From positions 15,500,001-15,564,000 of the forward strand of contig OZ059899.1 in assembly GCA_964057225.1 (NCBI GenBank): a DNA stretch of 64,000 nt, read 5' to 3'. The position numbers and the translations under genes are program-made. The notes beneath the pieces were generated by a model that was not told the origin of the DNA, ran no database searches, and was given only the letters and a program-made list of their open reading frames with translations. This DNA comes from Auanema rhodensis. Lineage: Eukaryota; Animalia; Nematoda. Of this stretch, positions 12,274 through 25,500 are shown in pieces (the stretch's first letter is position 1; every line of letters begins with the position of its first letter).

Positions 12274-14762
12274 TTCACAATACTGGCCACGTACAAGAAA
12301 CTGCAATGTTTTAAATAGAAAATACAATATTTCAGCAAGAACATATAACTAAATAATGAGATAAATAGAAGGGAAATAGAAGGGAAATAGAACATATCAT
12401 ATAAACATTTACTAATAGATAATTGAAAGGATAGCAACATCAAATTTCAGAAGAAAACCAGGAGCGCTATATCTCGACGACCAGCTAATGGAGCTAATAA
12501 AGAAGTAACTGACCTATGAGCAGAAAGTTGGTTGGTCCAACCCAAATATATCTTAAATTTTCTGCTTCTTTTCACTCTCTCATTCTGACACTTCTCTATA
12601 TCCATCAACCCAGAAAATGACAGTACCATGCCAGAAGCATTATGATCATAAAGGCAGTGCCGCATATTCAGTAGTTAAGAGATTGTGAACTAATGGAGAT
12701 TTAGGCAATCAGAGAGCCTGGCAATCTGTCCAAAAATGTATCTGCGAGTGCCGTGTAACCAGGAGACATAATAGTCATGAACAAGAGCCACATTCTCTCA
12801 CTTCTACTCCCAAGACTAGGTTACATATTGAGTCAAAGTCATTAAAAAAAGAAAGACAACAAAATACTCTTCTAGCTCTATCAAACACTTTCCGTACTAC
12901 CATTGGCACTGTGCCATGCCATTAATGACCCATATATGTAAAAGGAACTTTCTTCTATATGCTTTATATGTATAAAAATTGATATTTAGTAAACTTGTAA
13001 TCGTGGTCTGGCAAGAAATATCTGTAACTAGTCATAACTGATCAAGATTTCCAAAAACTACTCGTATCATTCACATGATAACCACGTTAGGTCAAACGGA
13101 GATTAGCGTTGGAGCATCAAACTAAACTAAAGTATTTGAAAAAAAAATTTTTTTTCAAATATTTCGAGGTCCCTCCATCCTTTTTCTAATGTTATTTTTT
13201 TATTAAATTGGTAAAGCTTCAAAGGCTTACAACCGCTTTCAACGTGTCTCTTCAAATGAATTATTTTTTTCACGTGATATCGCCACTTACAGAGTTTGAT
13301 TCCTGTATTTATGATTCCCTGGTCTTGCTTTTTCGTTCATTTTCAGTTTCTTTGTGGAATCTTATTGTAAAAGTTGAATAGAAAATAATCATTTATCAGT
13401 ATCCTATTTTGGTGTTGATAACAATCGTCTGTCCATCTTTCGATGTCTATATCCGGTGTTATTTTATAGGCAATATAGAAAATTACTTGAAAATTACAAC
13501 AATAAAACTGTGTTTTCTTGAATTCATTAATAAAAAGTTAAGGTATTAATATATTCGCCAGATATAGGATTAATTCAACTAAATAGGAAAATATCTTCGA
13601 TTATCACAATTGAATGAATTAATACTTTTTCTTGATTTGCTGTAGATCTGAAGGCTAAATACCTCCGGCAATTGGTTAAGTATAATTGATTTTAGATAAA
13701 AATATGTTTCATGACCAATTCTTTTATCAAAATTATCAACATTTTGATAAATAGCCTTGTTTTCTTAGGTTTTGACTATCATACAATACAGAACTCATGA
13801 CACAAAGCGAGGAACACCACGAATTATGAAGCGGAACAAGCTTTTTGCAAAATTTTGATTAGAAACACTTTTTGCCTTAGAAAAAAGAGCCGATTGATAA
13901 CAAAATGATATTAGGACAAAACAGTAGTACAACATCATGGGAACTTACAAAGATTTTACTGATTTATTAGCTAACAGCTAAATTCTATTTGACGTTTTGT
14001 CCTTGAGAGAAAAAGAGATATGGAAAATTTTTTTTGTGGAACGTAAAGACACAAACGACTATCTCTTTTTGTCTATAACAGACAAAAATGCTATGATAGC
14101 TAGCCAATGAAGACGAAAAATCAACGAGATTAAATTGAAAAAATGCATTTATTACCGTAATCGTTTAATGATATTTTAATATAATTAAACTAATACATAC
14201 ATCTATATATATATATATATATTATATATTATATAGTTAATATACACAATTTATAAAATAATAATAATATTATTATTATTATAGAAATACAATGATTGGC
14301 TTTTGCACCCTAAAAATGCTACAAGTCATGGAAAAAAAATATAATACAAATAAATTTACAATTGAAGACTAACTAACTGAACTAACTAAGGTTTTTCTAA
14401 AATTAATTTAGAAAATGTATAACAATCAATGATTTTTCACATAAAATATTTGAAATAACTAGAAATTTTGGAAGAAAAACAATGAAAAAACATCATCTAG
14501 TCCTCCTTGTATGGCTATGCCTATGGTATATGTATGATGATAACCTGATGTTTATACACATAAGAAGAAGAAGAAGAAGAAGAAGAAGAGGATGAGGAGG
14601 ATGAAGAGGAAGAAGAGGAGGAAGCGGACGAAAATCCTTCAAAGAATTGAAAAAACCCGCAAAATCACCGAATCTGTAGTTATGATGACCATGATTGGTC
14701 AACCCTGATTACGGTATTTCAAACAAAACAAGGTCCGAAAGAGTGAACTACTCTTCGGCGGC

Positions 14763-16904
14763 TTAGATATCACCAGAAATAAGTGTTTGACCAAATTGAA
14801 GAGGATCTCCAGCTTTGATTGAAAACTTGATGGTTGGTGGAGCTTGGAAAACCTGAAATATGCTTTTAAAAAGAGAAATACTCAAGATGTAGCTGATACC
14901 AAAGCAATAGTTGATCCTAAGCGGAATTCTCCAACTCGTTCTCCTGCTACGAATGGAGCATGGATTGGGACATCAGCCAGCTCAAGCTTCTTGCCCATTC
15001 GTCTGCGAAGAACATTTGTTCGGAGATTGGGTTCCTGAATAGAATGAGATGAGGACTGTAGAACTTGAACAGAAACTTACAGCATCAATGACAATGTCAC
15101 CAACATTGGTAGCTGCAACAGCTGACATGGAGAAGAAGCCATGCTTCCAAGTTCCATTCAACACAACACGTTCGTTCAAACAGAAGAGATGAGGAACATG
15201 GCAGAGAAGAGAAGGCTTAACGGAGAGTAGAAGGCCTGAAACATAGAAATACTTGAAGTTCAAGAAAGAAGCTGAAGGTTTTACCTGGAACATGACGGCA
15301 TTGTCTGGCTACCCATCTAGCTGGACTATGGAAAGCATGATAGTTTCCAGGAGCCAAGTAAATGACAACTTGATAGAGATCAAGTTCATCCTAAATTAGA
15401 CAAATAGAAAGTAAACAAGAATCTGCTTCGAAGAGGACAAACCTTCTGAGATAGTTCGACGTCGCCAAGAAATGATTCAACATCATAGTCATGTCCTTTG
15501 ACATATTCAATCTTTCCATCTTCAACTTTTCCAAAATGAAGTACAATTCCATCAGCTGGTGACACCTTCAATTATTTATTTTCTTTATAATTAAATAAAT
15601 AAAATTATAATTAATATAACTAACCAATGAACTATCACTTATTGGACGTGCTTCTTTCTTTAATTTTCTGTTGAAAAATTCAGAAAATGAACGATAAGCC
15701 TGAAGAAACAAAAACATTTTCTTTCAAATTATCTTTCAATTTAACCTTCAAACTTGGCTCAACAGCCTCTTCCATGTTGCAATCATAAATTCTTGCAAAT
15801 ATTCCGAGGAATGGCTCTCTTAACCATACCGGAATTTCTTGGCTTGCTAATCCTCCTACAACTCGTGATGCTGTATTGAACGGTAGAGAGAGATATGTTC
15901 TTATCTAAAGTAATTGCATTATCAGAAGTAATGATTCTATGAATTTCCGGTCATGAAAACGGTATATTACGGTCTTTCTTTGCTAGATCCCACCCCCTTT
16001 TTTAGCTTTTACCCGCAATCAATTAATGTTTTTGGTAGGTTTGGAATTTGGAACCAAACAGCAATAAGCAAAATTCTTCAGATTTTAGGGTTGCAAAGCA
16101 ACAATATAGCCTCGAAGAAAGAGCAATACACGTAGACATGTTGGTGAAATACTTGGACATGTGAGCCTTATTGCCCAACTGATAAGAATGGATTATATAT
16201 TTCGGAGATGCAGAATGCAATGATCACTGACCCAATTATGAGGAAAATACAAGTTTTTATAAGAAATTTGAAAAGCCAAGAAGAAGTAAAACAAACCTTC
16301 CAATTTGAATAATAATGTTTGCTATCAACTATTTCTCTCCAATCAGGAGTAAAGAGATATCCTACGTAGGTGAGACCACCGAAAATGATGCTGCTCAATG
16401 AAAGCCATTTAATCCAGCCCCCTACAAAAATGAAAATTAGTTTATTAATTTGAAATTCAAGTTAAGATGTTCAAATTCAAAAAAATACTTAAAGATCTTT
16501 AGTATTTAAAGAATTTTAAATTATTTAAACTCAAAACACATTTTGAACCAAGTGATACATGTGTATCATGGCTGTTCGGTCTTTGAGGTTTCAGGACTGT
16601 TATCTTCGGGACCGGATACACTAACAGCCATGATATGTATATCTTCTTAGAAAAAATTTAAAACATTTTCTAAATAACAGAAAAAAGAAAAACCAAATTT
16701 GATGTTAAAGAATAAAATGTGACAGTTAAGAGAAGTTGAGAGATGTAACTTCAATTTGAATTCAAAATGAAGTTATAACTCAAATTCACTAACTTCATGA
16801 AAGCGAAAAAAAAAGAGTTTGAACTCACATAAAGTGAAGAGCACAATGAAGGGATTATACATCATTTCCACGCAGATATATGCTGTATTGACGAAGAAAG
16901 ACAT
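14763..16904 (-). CDS. psd-1: Phosphatidylserine decarboxylase proenzyme, paralog B (complete), with a short hydrophobic N-terminus
   Basis: Nine exons. [32 protein letters not shown]...[19 protein letters not shown]..., [32 protein letters not shown] and the self-cleavage motif [12 protein letters not shown] at 14765-14763. The start could instead be the downstream MM. Confidence 0.93.
16559..16640 (+). other. Long imperfect hairpin in PSD-B intron 1 (candidate structured ncRNA or tiny inverted-repeat element)
   Basis: ATGTGTATCATGGCTGTT (16559-16576) pairs with AACAGCCATGATATGTAT (16623-16640), 18 bp including 3 G.U pairs. Inner stem CGGTCTT/GGGACCG. Confidence 0.5.
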
Positions 16905-16999
16905 ACTGCCAATGGTGGTAAGGAATAAAGAAGTTGATGAGTTGATGAAAACACTTTTGATTCAACAGTCTTGAAAAGAAAAAATTATCAGAAAACGAC

Positions 17000-19900
17000 A
17001 CGGAAGCAATTGATAAAAACTTCAAAAGTGACGAACAGCTGACGATATTTGCAATAAAAAATATGCCGAAAAAAGAAAAGATGCTAACGAGAAAAGATGC
17101 TGGATAGAAGAAGATACGTGGCTTCAGGCAGTTGAGACACTTGCTCTTTAGCACACTATTGCGACAACCAAAACTGACATGCAGTCGAAGACAAGTCAGC
17201 TTTGGTCGTTGTCTACTATGATACATGTAGATGTAGCTGCTTCCTTTTGTGTTTGAAGTTTCACACTCGAGTTGGAAAGACAGATGTAGCAGTGAAGCGT
17301 CATCTAAGAGACATGGAGATATGGAAGGCAAGTGGAGCAAAAACCGAAATTGAAAAGAGGAAATGCGAAGGCGAGCATAATGGCAGACGACGAATGGGAG
17401 AACAGTCGACAAATTGAAAGACGTGCATAGCAATGAATGGAAAAAAATGAAATTGTAAGTGTCTGAACGAGACGACACAGCCCTACAACTCATATCCAAC
17501 TGAGCGTGGGCCAAAGTACTCTTAAACGCCAACTGCCACATGGCTTTTAGGCACTTTTTCTCTTTCTCTCTCTCTCTCCCTCTCTCTCTCTCAGTCATCT
17601 ATTCTACCTTTGGATCTCCCGACTTGGATGCTATTTCTTCTCAGTTTTACTCAATTTTTTGTTTCTTCTCACATTTCAGTTATTTGAAGTATGCTTGAAC
17701 CGTAAAAATAAGGTGTTGTAGTAAATGATAAAAATGTTTCAAAAAGGTCAAAAATATGTTTTCGTCTCATTTTTGACATAAACAAAACTCTTTTGAGCAT
17801 TAAAAGAGAAGGAATAGCCGGTAGCAAAGTATGAAAATAGAAAAAAATTAGAACAGTGACAACGAAACAGCTGACAGATGAGATGATACCCATGTGGATA
17901 GTGATCAACTTATCTCAAAATTGTCAAACAAAAAAAGAAAAACAATATTTCTGCGCTAATGGTAAAGATCATTGAAGCATTAAACAGCTGATTTGAAAAT
18001 AAAAAAGGATAATATGATAGTTAAGAGAATTAAAAGATATTAAGAAATGAATAGAGATGTAGATGAGACACACTCATCTAAGTTCAATATTCATCATCTA
18101 GTAGTGATTTGAAGAGAAAAAGTGTTGCTGTAAAGGAAGATAATACTTGCTAAGATTCATAGTCAATTGAGAAGCGATGATGTGCAATAAATAAAGAAAT
18201 ACTGTATGAATGAATTGAAGAAAAGGGCCATTGACAGGCTAATTTGCTTTGTCTTCACCTTACCAGCTAAACTCCCCCCCATCACCGTCACCGTCGCTAC
18301 TACTAACTACCCTATCGCTTGTATTACGACAAATGGCATTTCTCTGTTCTCTTTTCTTCCTAACATCATCGAATGTGATCACTGGCATGTTATAGCAAGT
18401 TCAAAAACGGGAAAAATAAAGATTTGTTCATGGATACTAGCTGAGAAAGGAAAGGAAAACCATCATCTACAACACAACTGATGAGATTTGTGGGCAGCTG
18501 ATCGAAAATATGTATTGAAGCGATGTTATCAATGATGATTGGTGAAAGAATTAAAACATTGTGGACGATAATCATGTTCACCAGAAGACGAGTAGAAGAA
18601 GAAGAAGAGGGGAGTGGCAGATTATCAGTTACGATATGTTGATTCAACATGAACCTTCGGATGAGATGAAGCTAAAGAGTTAAAGAGAGCACCACTAGAT
18701 TATACTCTTCAGATGGATATTGCTGAACTATCTATCAATGAGACACTAATGTTAAGAACATGACAGATAAGGTGATAGAAGGGGGGGGGGGAGTTTGCTA
18801 GAAGGTTTTGTTGAGAAGAGAATGATAAGAATTGAAAAGCAACAATATTTATAGGATCAAGAACAATCAGGTCACTGTGTAAAAGGGCTTAGCAAAAGGC
18901 AATACGATTGGTAAAGCTGAGAGCAAGTGAAAGAAAGGAGAAAAATTGAACTTTAGGATGAAGTTTATGGTCAAAGGTTGTTTTCTGTCTAGTTTCTAGT
19001 TGATACATTCTCTCTCTCTCTCTCTTTCTCTTACTCTCTCCCTCTTTACTTCTCTATCTATATCCAATCTCTCTCTTTTTATACTTTTACATACATTTTA
19101 TAATCTACTACTTTTTATTTTTTTAGATTCATCTTGATAGTTCTTGATCAAAAAATTCATGGCATATATTGCCCTCGGCGATAAGGAAGACAGCAACAAT
19201 CAAGAGAAAAACAGCTTGGTCTATCAGCAATAACTGCGACAGGCAGCACAAGGTATATGGCGGTTCCGTTTATGATTCATGAAATGTGTGTCTTGGTAAA
19301 GAGTATACACTATAAATGGCCGCTGGTTTGAAAAGAATTGATGAAGACGTATGGATGGCCCAATCAGAAGATAGGAACTACCATGTCACTTGTGCCAAGA
19401 AAGTTTCGATCAAACAAATCAAATATCTAACAATAAACTCTTTTGTTTCAACATTTGGAAAGTAAATTGTCGTCTTTAACAGCAGATCGTGGTTGTGATA
19501 CTGGCTGATTGGAGTAGCACAAGAGTCTTAACACGACTGTTACTAATCGTCAAAGTAGTTTCATATGTTGTGCATCTAAAGCAACACCAAATTTCAAAAG
19601 TAATAAGGTGAGACAAGGGGGGGAGGGCGAAAAAGACGTCGACAGATCGAAGACAAAGATTGATGCTGATGTGCAAAGCGGAGGTGATAGGACGACTGAT
19701 GAGCTACAAACAGATAGGGAAAGCCAGAAAGTTATACTATTGACGTCTACGTTATTCCTTGCTAAGGAACCAAGCTGAGACAGCTGATTACGTGAGTCAA
19801 GAAAGCACATGGATGGGAGAAAAACATAAGTTCATGAACGCTCTATTGCCGAGAGGTTGGCGAGTTGGAGAGAACAGATAGAGTGAGAGAGAGAGAGAGA

Positions 19901-22900
19901 TAGAGATATGAAGAGACTGTTTTCGGCATCATCTGAAACATCCGCTGTTTTTATTTTTGGAAAGTAGTTGGGGTAAAAAGAGTTTTTAGGTTTTGATACA
20001 AGACACAAGAACAATCCAATACAGCAACTGAACTAAGATCTTCTGTACAGCCATGCTATATGAGAGATAGTTAGCAAGTGAATGAAAACGTTCGAGAACC
20101 ATCAGATGGTCTTATCGTCCAAGTGTGGCGTGAGAGAATGCTATTGCAGAAATGGGTGAAAAGGGGGAGGGGGCTGTTGGCTTGATGTTGGCTGGTAAGA
20201 AGAAGAGGCTTTTGTGGACGGTGAACCTGGACTGGATGAAATGCACGTGAACTGGTAATCGAGACATTGACGAGAAAAAGTAATGAAGATGCTGGCGGAG
20301 AGAAAGAAAGAGAGAAGGTGGGGGTGTAGTTGACAGTTAGCTCGTTGTGTGTCTAGATGGACAATTAGCAGAGACGGGGGTGAGTGCTGGATATGTTGCT
20401 TGTTCAACATACATCTTGCTTCTCTTCAGCAGTTTTTAGATTCACCCTCAACTACGTCTCTCCTACTTGTGCATAGGTGGCGGTATATGACGACAAAGAA
20501 GATGAAGACGACAACGAGAACGACGTTGAAGAGAACGAAGAACTAGAAGCGAAGCTTGGACAATCAACATTTCAAGAAGAAATCAAGAACATTTTTTTTT
20601 TTGAAAAAACGTGCTCTATGAGCTCGTACTGAAAGAAAAATTGAAAAAATGAAAAGAAAACTGAGAAAAGGAGAGTGTGAGAGGTAGCAGAATTGCAAAG
20701 AGAGTACGATTTCCGTATAGTAACCTGTGTATCTTGTTCATTTCAAATGAAACCTGAACGAACATACTGCTTTCTTACATACATAAGAAGGAGAAGAGAA
20801 GAAGAGGGTAACAGAGCTGTTAGTGTGATGAGAGGAAATGAAAGCAGAGTCTGTTGTTTCATCAGTAAAAATTTGATACACGAAACAAACCAAAAAGGCT
20901 TGACAGAGACAGACAACAAACGAACGAGATCAAATGAAGAGACAGACGAAATTCTACCAAAAATTGCTCCGAAAACATGTTTGAATTAAAAAAAAAAGGA
21001 AAAGAACAATGAAAACGTCTAGTAAGCAGGTGAACATGGTCATAATGAGGTTAAATAAAATGAAAAAAAAGTTAATTTGATAGAGTTAATAATGGAAAGA
21101 AATTCAAAATATGTGATGATTTATGATGAAACATACATGTTATTATAATTAAAATCAATAAAAGTTATAATAATAATAATTCTTTTGAACAATAACTATG
21201 TACGAAAAAGTTTGAATGAACAAAAACTTGTTTAAAATTTAAAAATATGCAATAACATACGAATGAAAATGGTATTTCTTAATACAAATTGGTGAGGGAG
21301 CTGAAACTTAAGCTGATAGAACTATGAGGGAGTTAGTTGTTTTCAGTTCAAAGAAGTAAATGAGTAGCAAGAAAGTCAGAAAGGGGAGAGAGAGAGAGAG
21401 AAAGAGAGAGGGAGAGAGAGAGAGAGAGGGAGAGAGAAGTTAGTTCAGAATAGTCAATAATAGAACACAAATCGAAACTGAGAAGACTAATCTATTCATA
21501 AAGAGAAGTGGATGGAATGAAAAAATGTAGTTTATGGGAAAGTTCATTACGAGAAAAAGAAAGAAAGAGAGAGAGATTGAGAAGAGGTGAGAAAAGGTGA
21601 GGGTGGCATAAATATTTAAAAGATATTATCTGAAAAATCTCTGCAATTCTCTATTTTATCTCGTATTATCTTTTTCTCTCTCTCTTTCTATCTGTTCATT
21701 TTCCTCGATCAGCTTTCAACATGAAGGGAGAGAGAGAGAGAGAGAAAAAAGAAAGAAAACAAGCAACACATATGTGACGAAGATGACGACGTCTAAGATG
21801 AACATGAAGCCAACTGATGAAACAACATGAATGAAGTTTTCACATTCTAATCGGATGAGAATCTCAAGTATCAGAAGTTGAATAGAAAATTGTTTTAAAT
21901 TCTATTTTGGCACAAAAAAGGCTGGCTGCTTCAACTGCTGTTACTGCTGTTGTTGATGTTGCTGACAAAAGCCAGCAGAAACAGAACGTACCGAATAACT
22001 GGTGGACGGACTGCTCGACTGACTAAAGGAAGAAAGCAACAAAAAAGACACAACATCTTTTCTGTTCGTTCAGATATAACAGCATCAACAACAGAAGCTT
22101 TACCACGACTCAATTACTCATCAGCATTACTCAGTAGACTATAACATGATGTAGAAAAAGATTGATGAAGTGAGGAAGATGGATGGTAAAGTAAGGTGAA
22201 TTGGAAAGAAGAAGAAGAAGAAGAAAAAGAAGAAGCTTAGATGTTTCGCGCGATAAACAACAAACTTCAAAACAATATTTCAAAGATATAGAAATTGACT
22301 TACATTAGATGGAAAAGTATAAATATCAGCGAAGATATAAGCAGCGTAGAGAGATAAGAGATAGAAGAGAAAAGACAACAACTGCAACCATATAACTGAA
22401 GTAGTACATGAAGCAGCAGCAGAAGAAGAACAAGCCTTGAGTTCAGATAGCTAACGATGAGATGATTGCATAGATTGAAATGGAATAACATATCAAAGCA
22501 TTGAAAAATATAATTATTAGAAGTTGAAGAAAAGGACGTTTGTGATGAATATAGAAGGAGGAGAGGGGGAGGGGGACGCCAGTAAGCAAGAAAAGAAATC
22601 AATGAAAGAGAAATAGGAAATCAAAGTTGAGGAGGGCAATATGTTGTTTAGTTCGTGCCTATAACAATCATTATTTTGAAAACAATGATGACGATAAAGG
22701 ATAGTAATGGTAAGAAATTAGAGTGATAAAGAGGGAAATAGAAAGAGAGGGAGGAAAATAAAGTGAGAAAGAGAGAGAGAGAGAGAGAATTGTGATAACA
22801 GGTGAGAAAAGTTATCTGACAAAAGGTAAAAAATGATGACGTGAGGACAACTTGTTCAATGACTAACCCGAGGGGAAGTGCAATTGAAGAAAGGGGGAGG

Positions 22901-23099
22901 ACGATGAAGATGAAGGTGTTGATGATATGACGATGATATTATACGGATTGTATAATACAAATATTAAAACTCAATGTATTCTAATAGAATTAATTATAAA
23001 ATTAATAGTAAAAATAAAATTATTTATACTTTTATATATATTTAAACATTTTTTATCATAAACAAAATGACGACGACGACAACGAAGCGTGGGAGAATT

Positions 23100-23172
<73 letters not shown>

Positions 23173-23404
23173 TAAGTATGGAACGTAATACACACAGTAC
23201 AATACAAAAAAAGGAAGTCAAATGAAAAGAAACAATTGTTTTTTAATCTGTAACTACAAATTAATGATTACTACACAACAAAACAGTCAATAATATTTAA
23301 AACAAAAGGTTTTTAAATTGAAAAATAAAAAAATATTAATTCGTATTGAATTATCTTAATTACAAGTTCCAGATATTTTCTTTTTGGAAATGTTTGAAAG
23401 ACCG

Positions 23405-23436
<32 letters not shown>

Positions 23437-25500
23437 GGAGATGTAATGGTTTGAAGAAGACAGATAGACAAAAAACAAAGAATAAGATGAAGAAGAAGGA
23501 TCAACTCATTTTCCACGACATTTTGAAAAGTTTGTTTTAGTCTCTTTTCTTTTCTCTCATATGTACATCAATGTGCATCCTCCTCATGTCTGTCTGTCTT
23601 CTTCTTTTATCAATGCAGCTCTTTCCCTCTTTCCCTCTTTCTCTCTTTCTCTCTTTCTCTCTTTCTCTTTCTCTCTCTCTCTATCATTCTCACTTCTCTC
23701 ACGCTTTTCAATAACTTCAACTGTACGTCTTTTTTTTGTGTTGATCAACGATGAAAAATAATAAGAAAATGCGTTAAAAAAAGCAAAAAAGAAAAGAAAA
23801 TAGTATTGAGAAAACGAGATTAAGTATAACGTATAAGAAAAGAATAATTATAACTTATAATCCTCTGTATATTGATTCAGATACTGAAGATCATGTATCA
23901 GAATGGTTTCAGACATCAAATGCTTTGACCAAGAACGATATTACTATCCTGAAAAGCTTTTCTTTCTCTACATAGCTAACTAACTAACTAACTAAACTAA
24001 CGCTACTCCAAAACATGTGACACACTGTGACCTCGTCATCACCATCTACTCCCTCTCTTCCCGCGTTGCTTCCTCTCTCTCTCTATCTCTATCTCTCTAC
24101 GCCTTTTCTACTTGTCCTCCTTTCATCAATCCTAGCACCCGATGGTCCTCACTCTCCGATACTTTTAGAGGATGAATGTCTATTGGTTCATTGCCTGACC
24201 CATCATTTTGGTCTTTTTTTTTCTATTTTCTGGTTGGATTGTATCCCATATTTCATTGTTATGTCTAATATTCTATGACATACCATCAAGCAAGGCATTG
24301 TTTATTGAAAATCAGTTGACAAAACCAATTTTACTAAGTGAATAAGTGGATGTCTCATATGATTCATGCTTCTATCATATATATGAATTTACTGTAATTC
24401 ATATAATCCATATTCAACAAGCATTTTAGCTTTAAAACATGACGAGAATGTTGTTTGATCTTCAGGATATTCTCATGATAATTAGATTCAAGTAATTGAC
24501 TGTTTTTCTTACTATTTCTCTTGTAATCAAAGCAGAAACTAGTAATTATTATAACTTTGAATTATGCTTTATGTTAGTTAATTGAGATAAAAAGAGAGAG
24601 AGGGAGGGAGAGGGAGAGAGAGAGGGAGAGAGAGAGGGAGAGAGAGAGAGAAAAGCTGATTGAAATACAAAAGCAAAATACTCTTAGTGTTTGTTTGACC
24701 GTGTCTCTGAAAATGGACTTCCGTTCGGCTTATCACATTTTAATCAGAATTACGTCAGAAAAGATAGTTAGTATGTACATATAAGGTATCAAAGAATAAA
24801 AAAAATAGCAAATAATTTGAAACTTATACCTCAGACCATATAGATAATGAAAATTGATATGATTTAAAGATTTTTAAACAAAAGAACGAATTTGAAAAAC
24901 AACAACTCCATATGCTATTTATTATGATTTTTTCAGAAAAATAAAATAACATTCGAATGTTATATAATTGAAATTATTTGAATAATATTATATACATATA
25001 CAATATACTTTAATAAAACTTCAAATACTTTTTTAATGATTGAAATGAAATAAAAGAACATTTGAAATGTTTTGAAGAAACTTTCAAAACTATATGATAG
25101 TTGGTCCACATTTATATAAATTAGAGCAATGTCTGTCTCTATTTATCAGTTGTTTTCACACATAGTTAATATAGTAAAAGACGACTTTCTTTCATTTATT
25201 ATGAAAAGTTAATATATTATTATATTTTTAACTAAATAATATACTTAAAATATTAAATATACAATATATTATGATGTTTTAAAATGAAAATAATCATATG
25301 TTTTCTATATATTTTTTGTATTGATTATTTTCTAAATATGCTTGAGCATATTTGTTTGGTACTTAGTATTGGGAAATATTTCTGAAAATACTTAAGAAAA
25401 ACAGTTTCTTGAGCAATCCCAACCCCCCGCACTTCCATCCATCGTTGTCTCAGTCTCTGTCCTCGTCTCGTGCTGCTCTTGCTATCCATTCTTCTGCTCC
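17000..25500. promoter_or_regulatory. Extended non-coding region upstream of PSD-B, rich in GA/CT microsatellites
   Basis: No spliced gene model with recognisable protein. Many (GA)n/(CT)n tracts. ORF calls are repeat-derived. Confidence 0.45.
23102..23168. repeat. (AG)n microsatellite, about 33 units
   Basis: Read directly from sequence. Confidence 0.97.

Noticed and set aside
13133-13161. Palindrome TATTTGAAAAAAAAATTTTTTTTCAAATA
   Set aside because: Mostly A/T homopolymer, expected in AT-rich DNA. No TSD or further copies seen.
14735-14758. Stem-loop just after the PSD-B stop codon (possible read-through signal)
   Set aside because: The stop is TAA-G (non-leaky context) and another in-frame stop follows after four codons.
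16855-17598. 247-aa ORF on the minus strand
   Set aside because: Starts in a GA repeat, is F/S/L-biased with no domain, and overlaps PSD-B exon 1 in another frame. Likely promoter/outron sequence.
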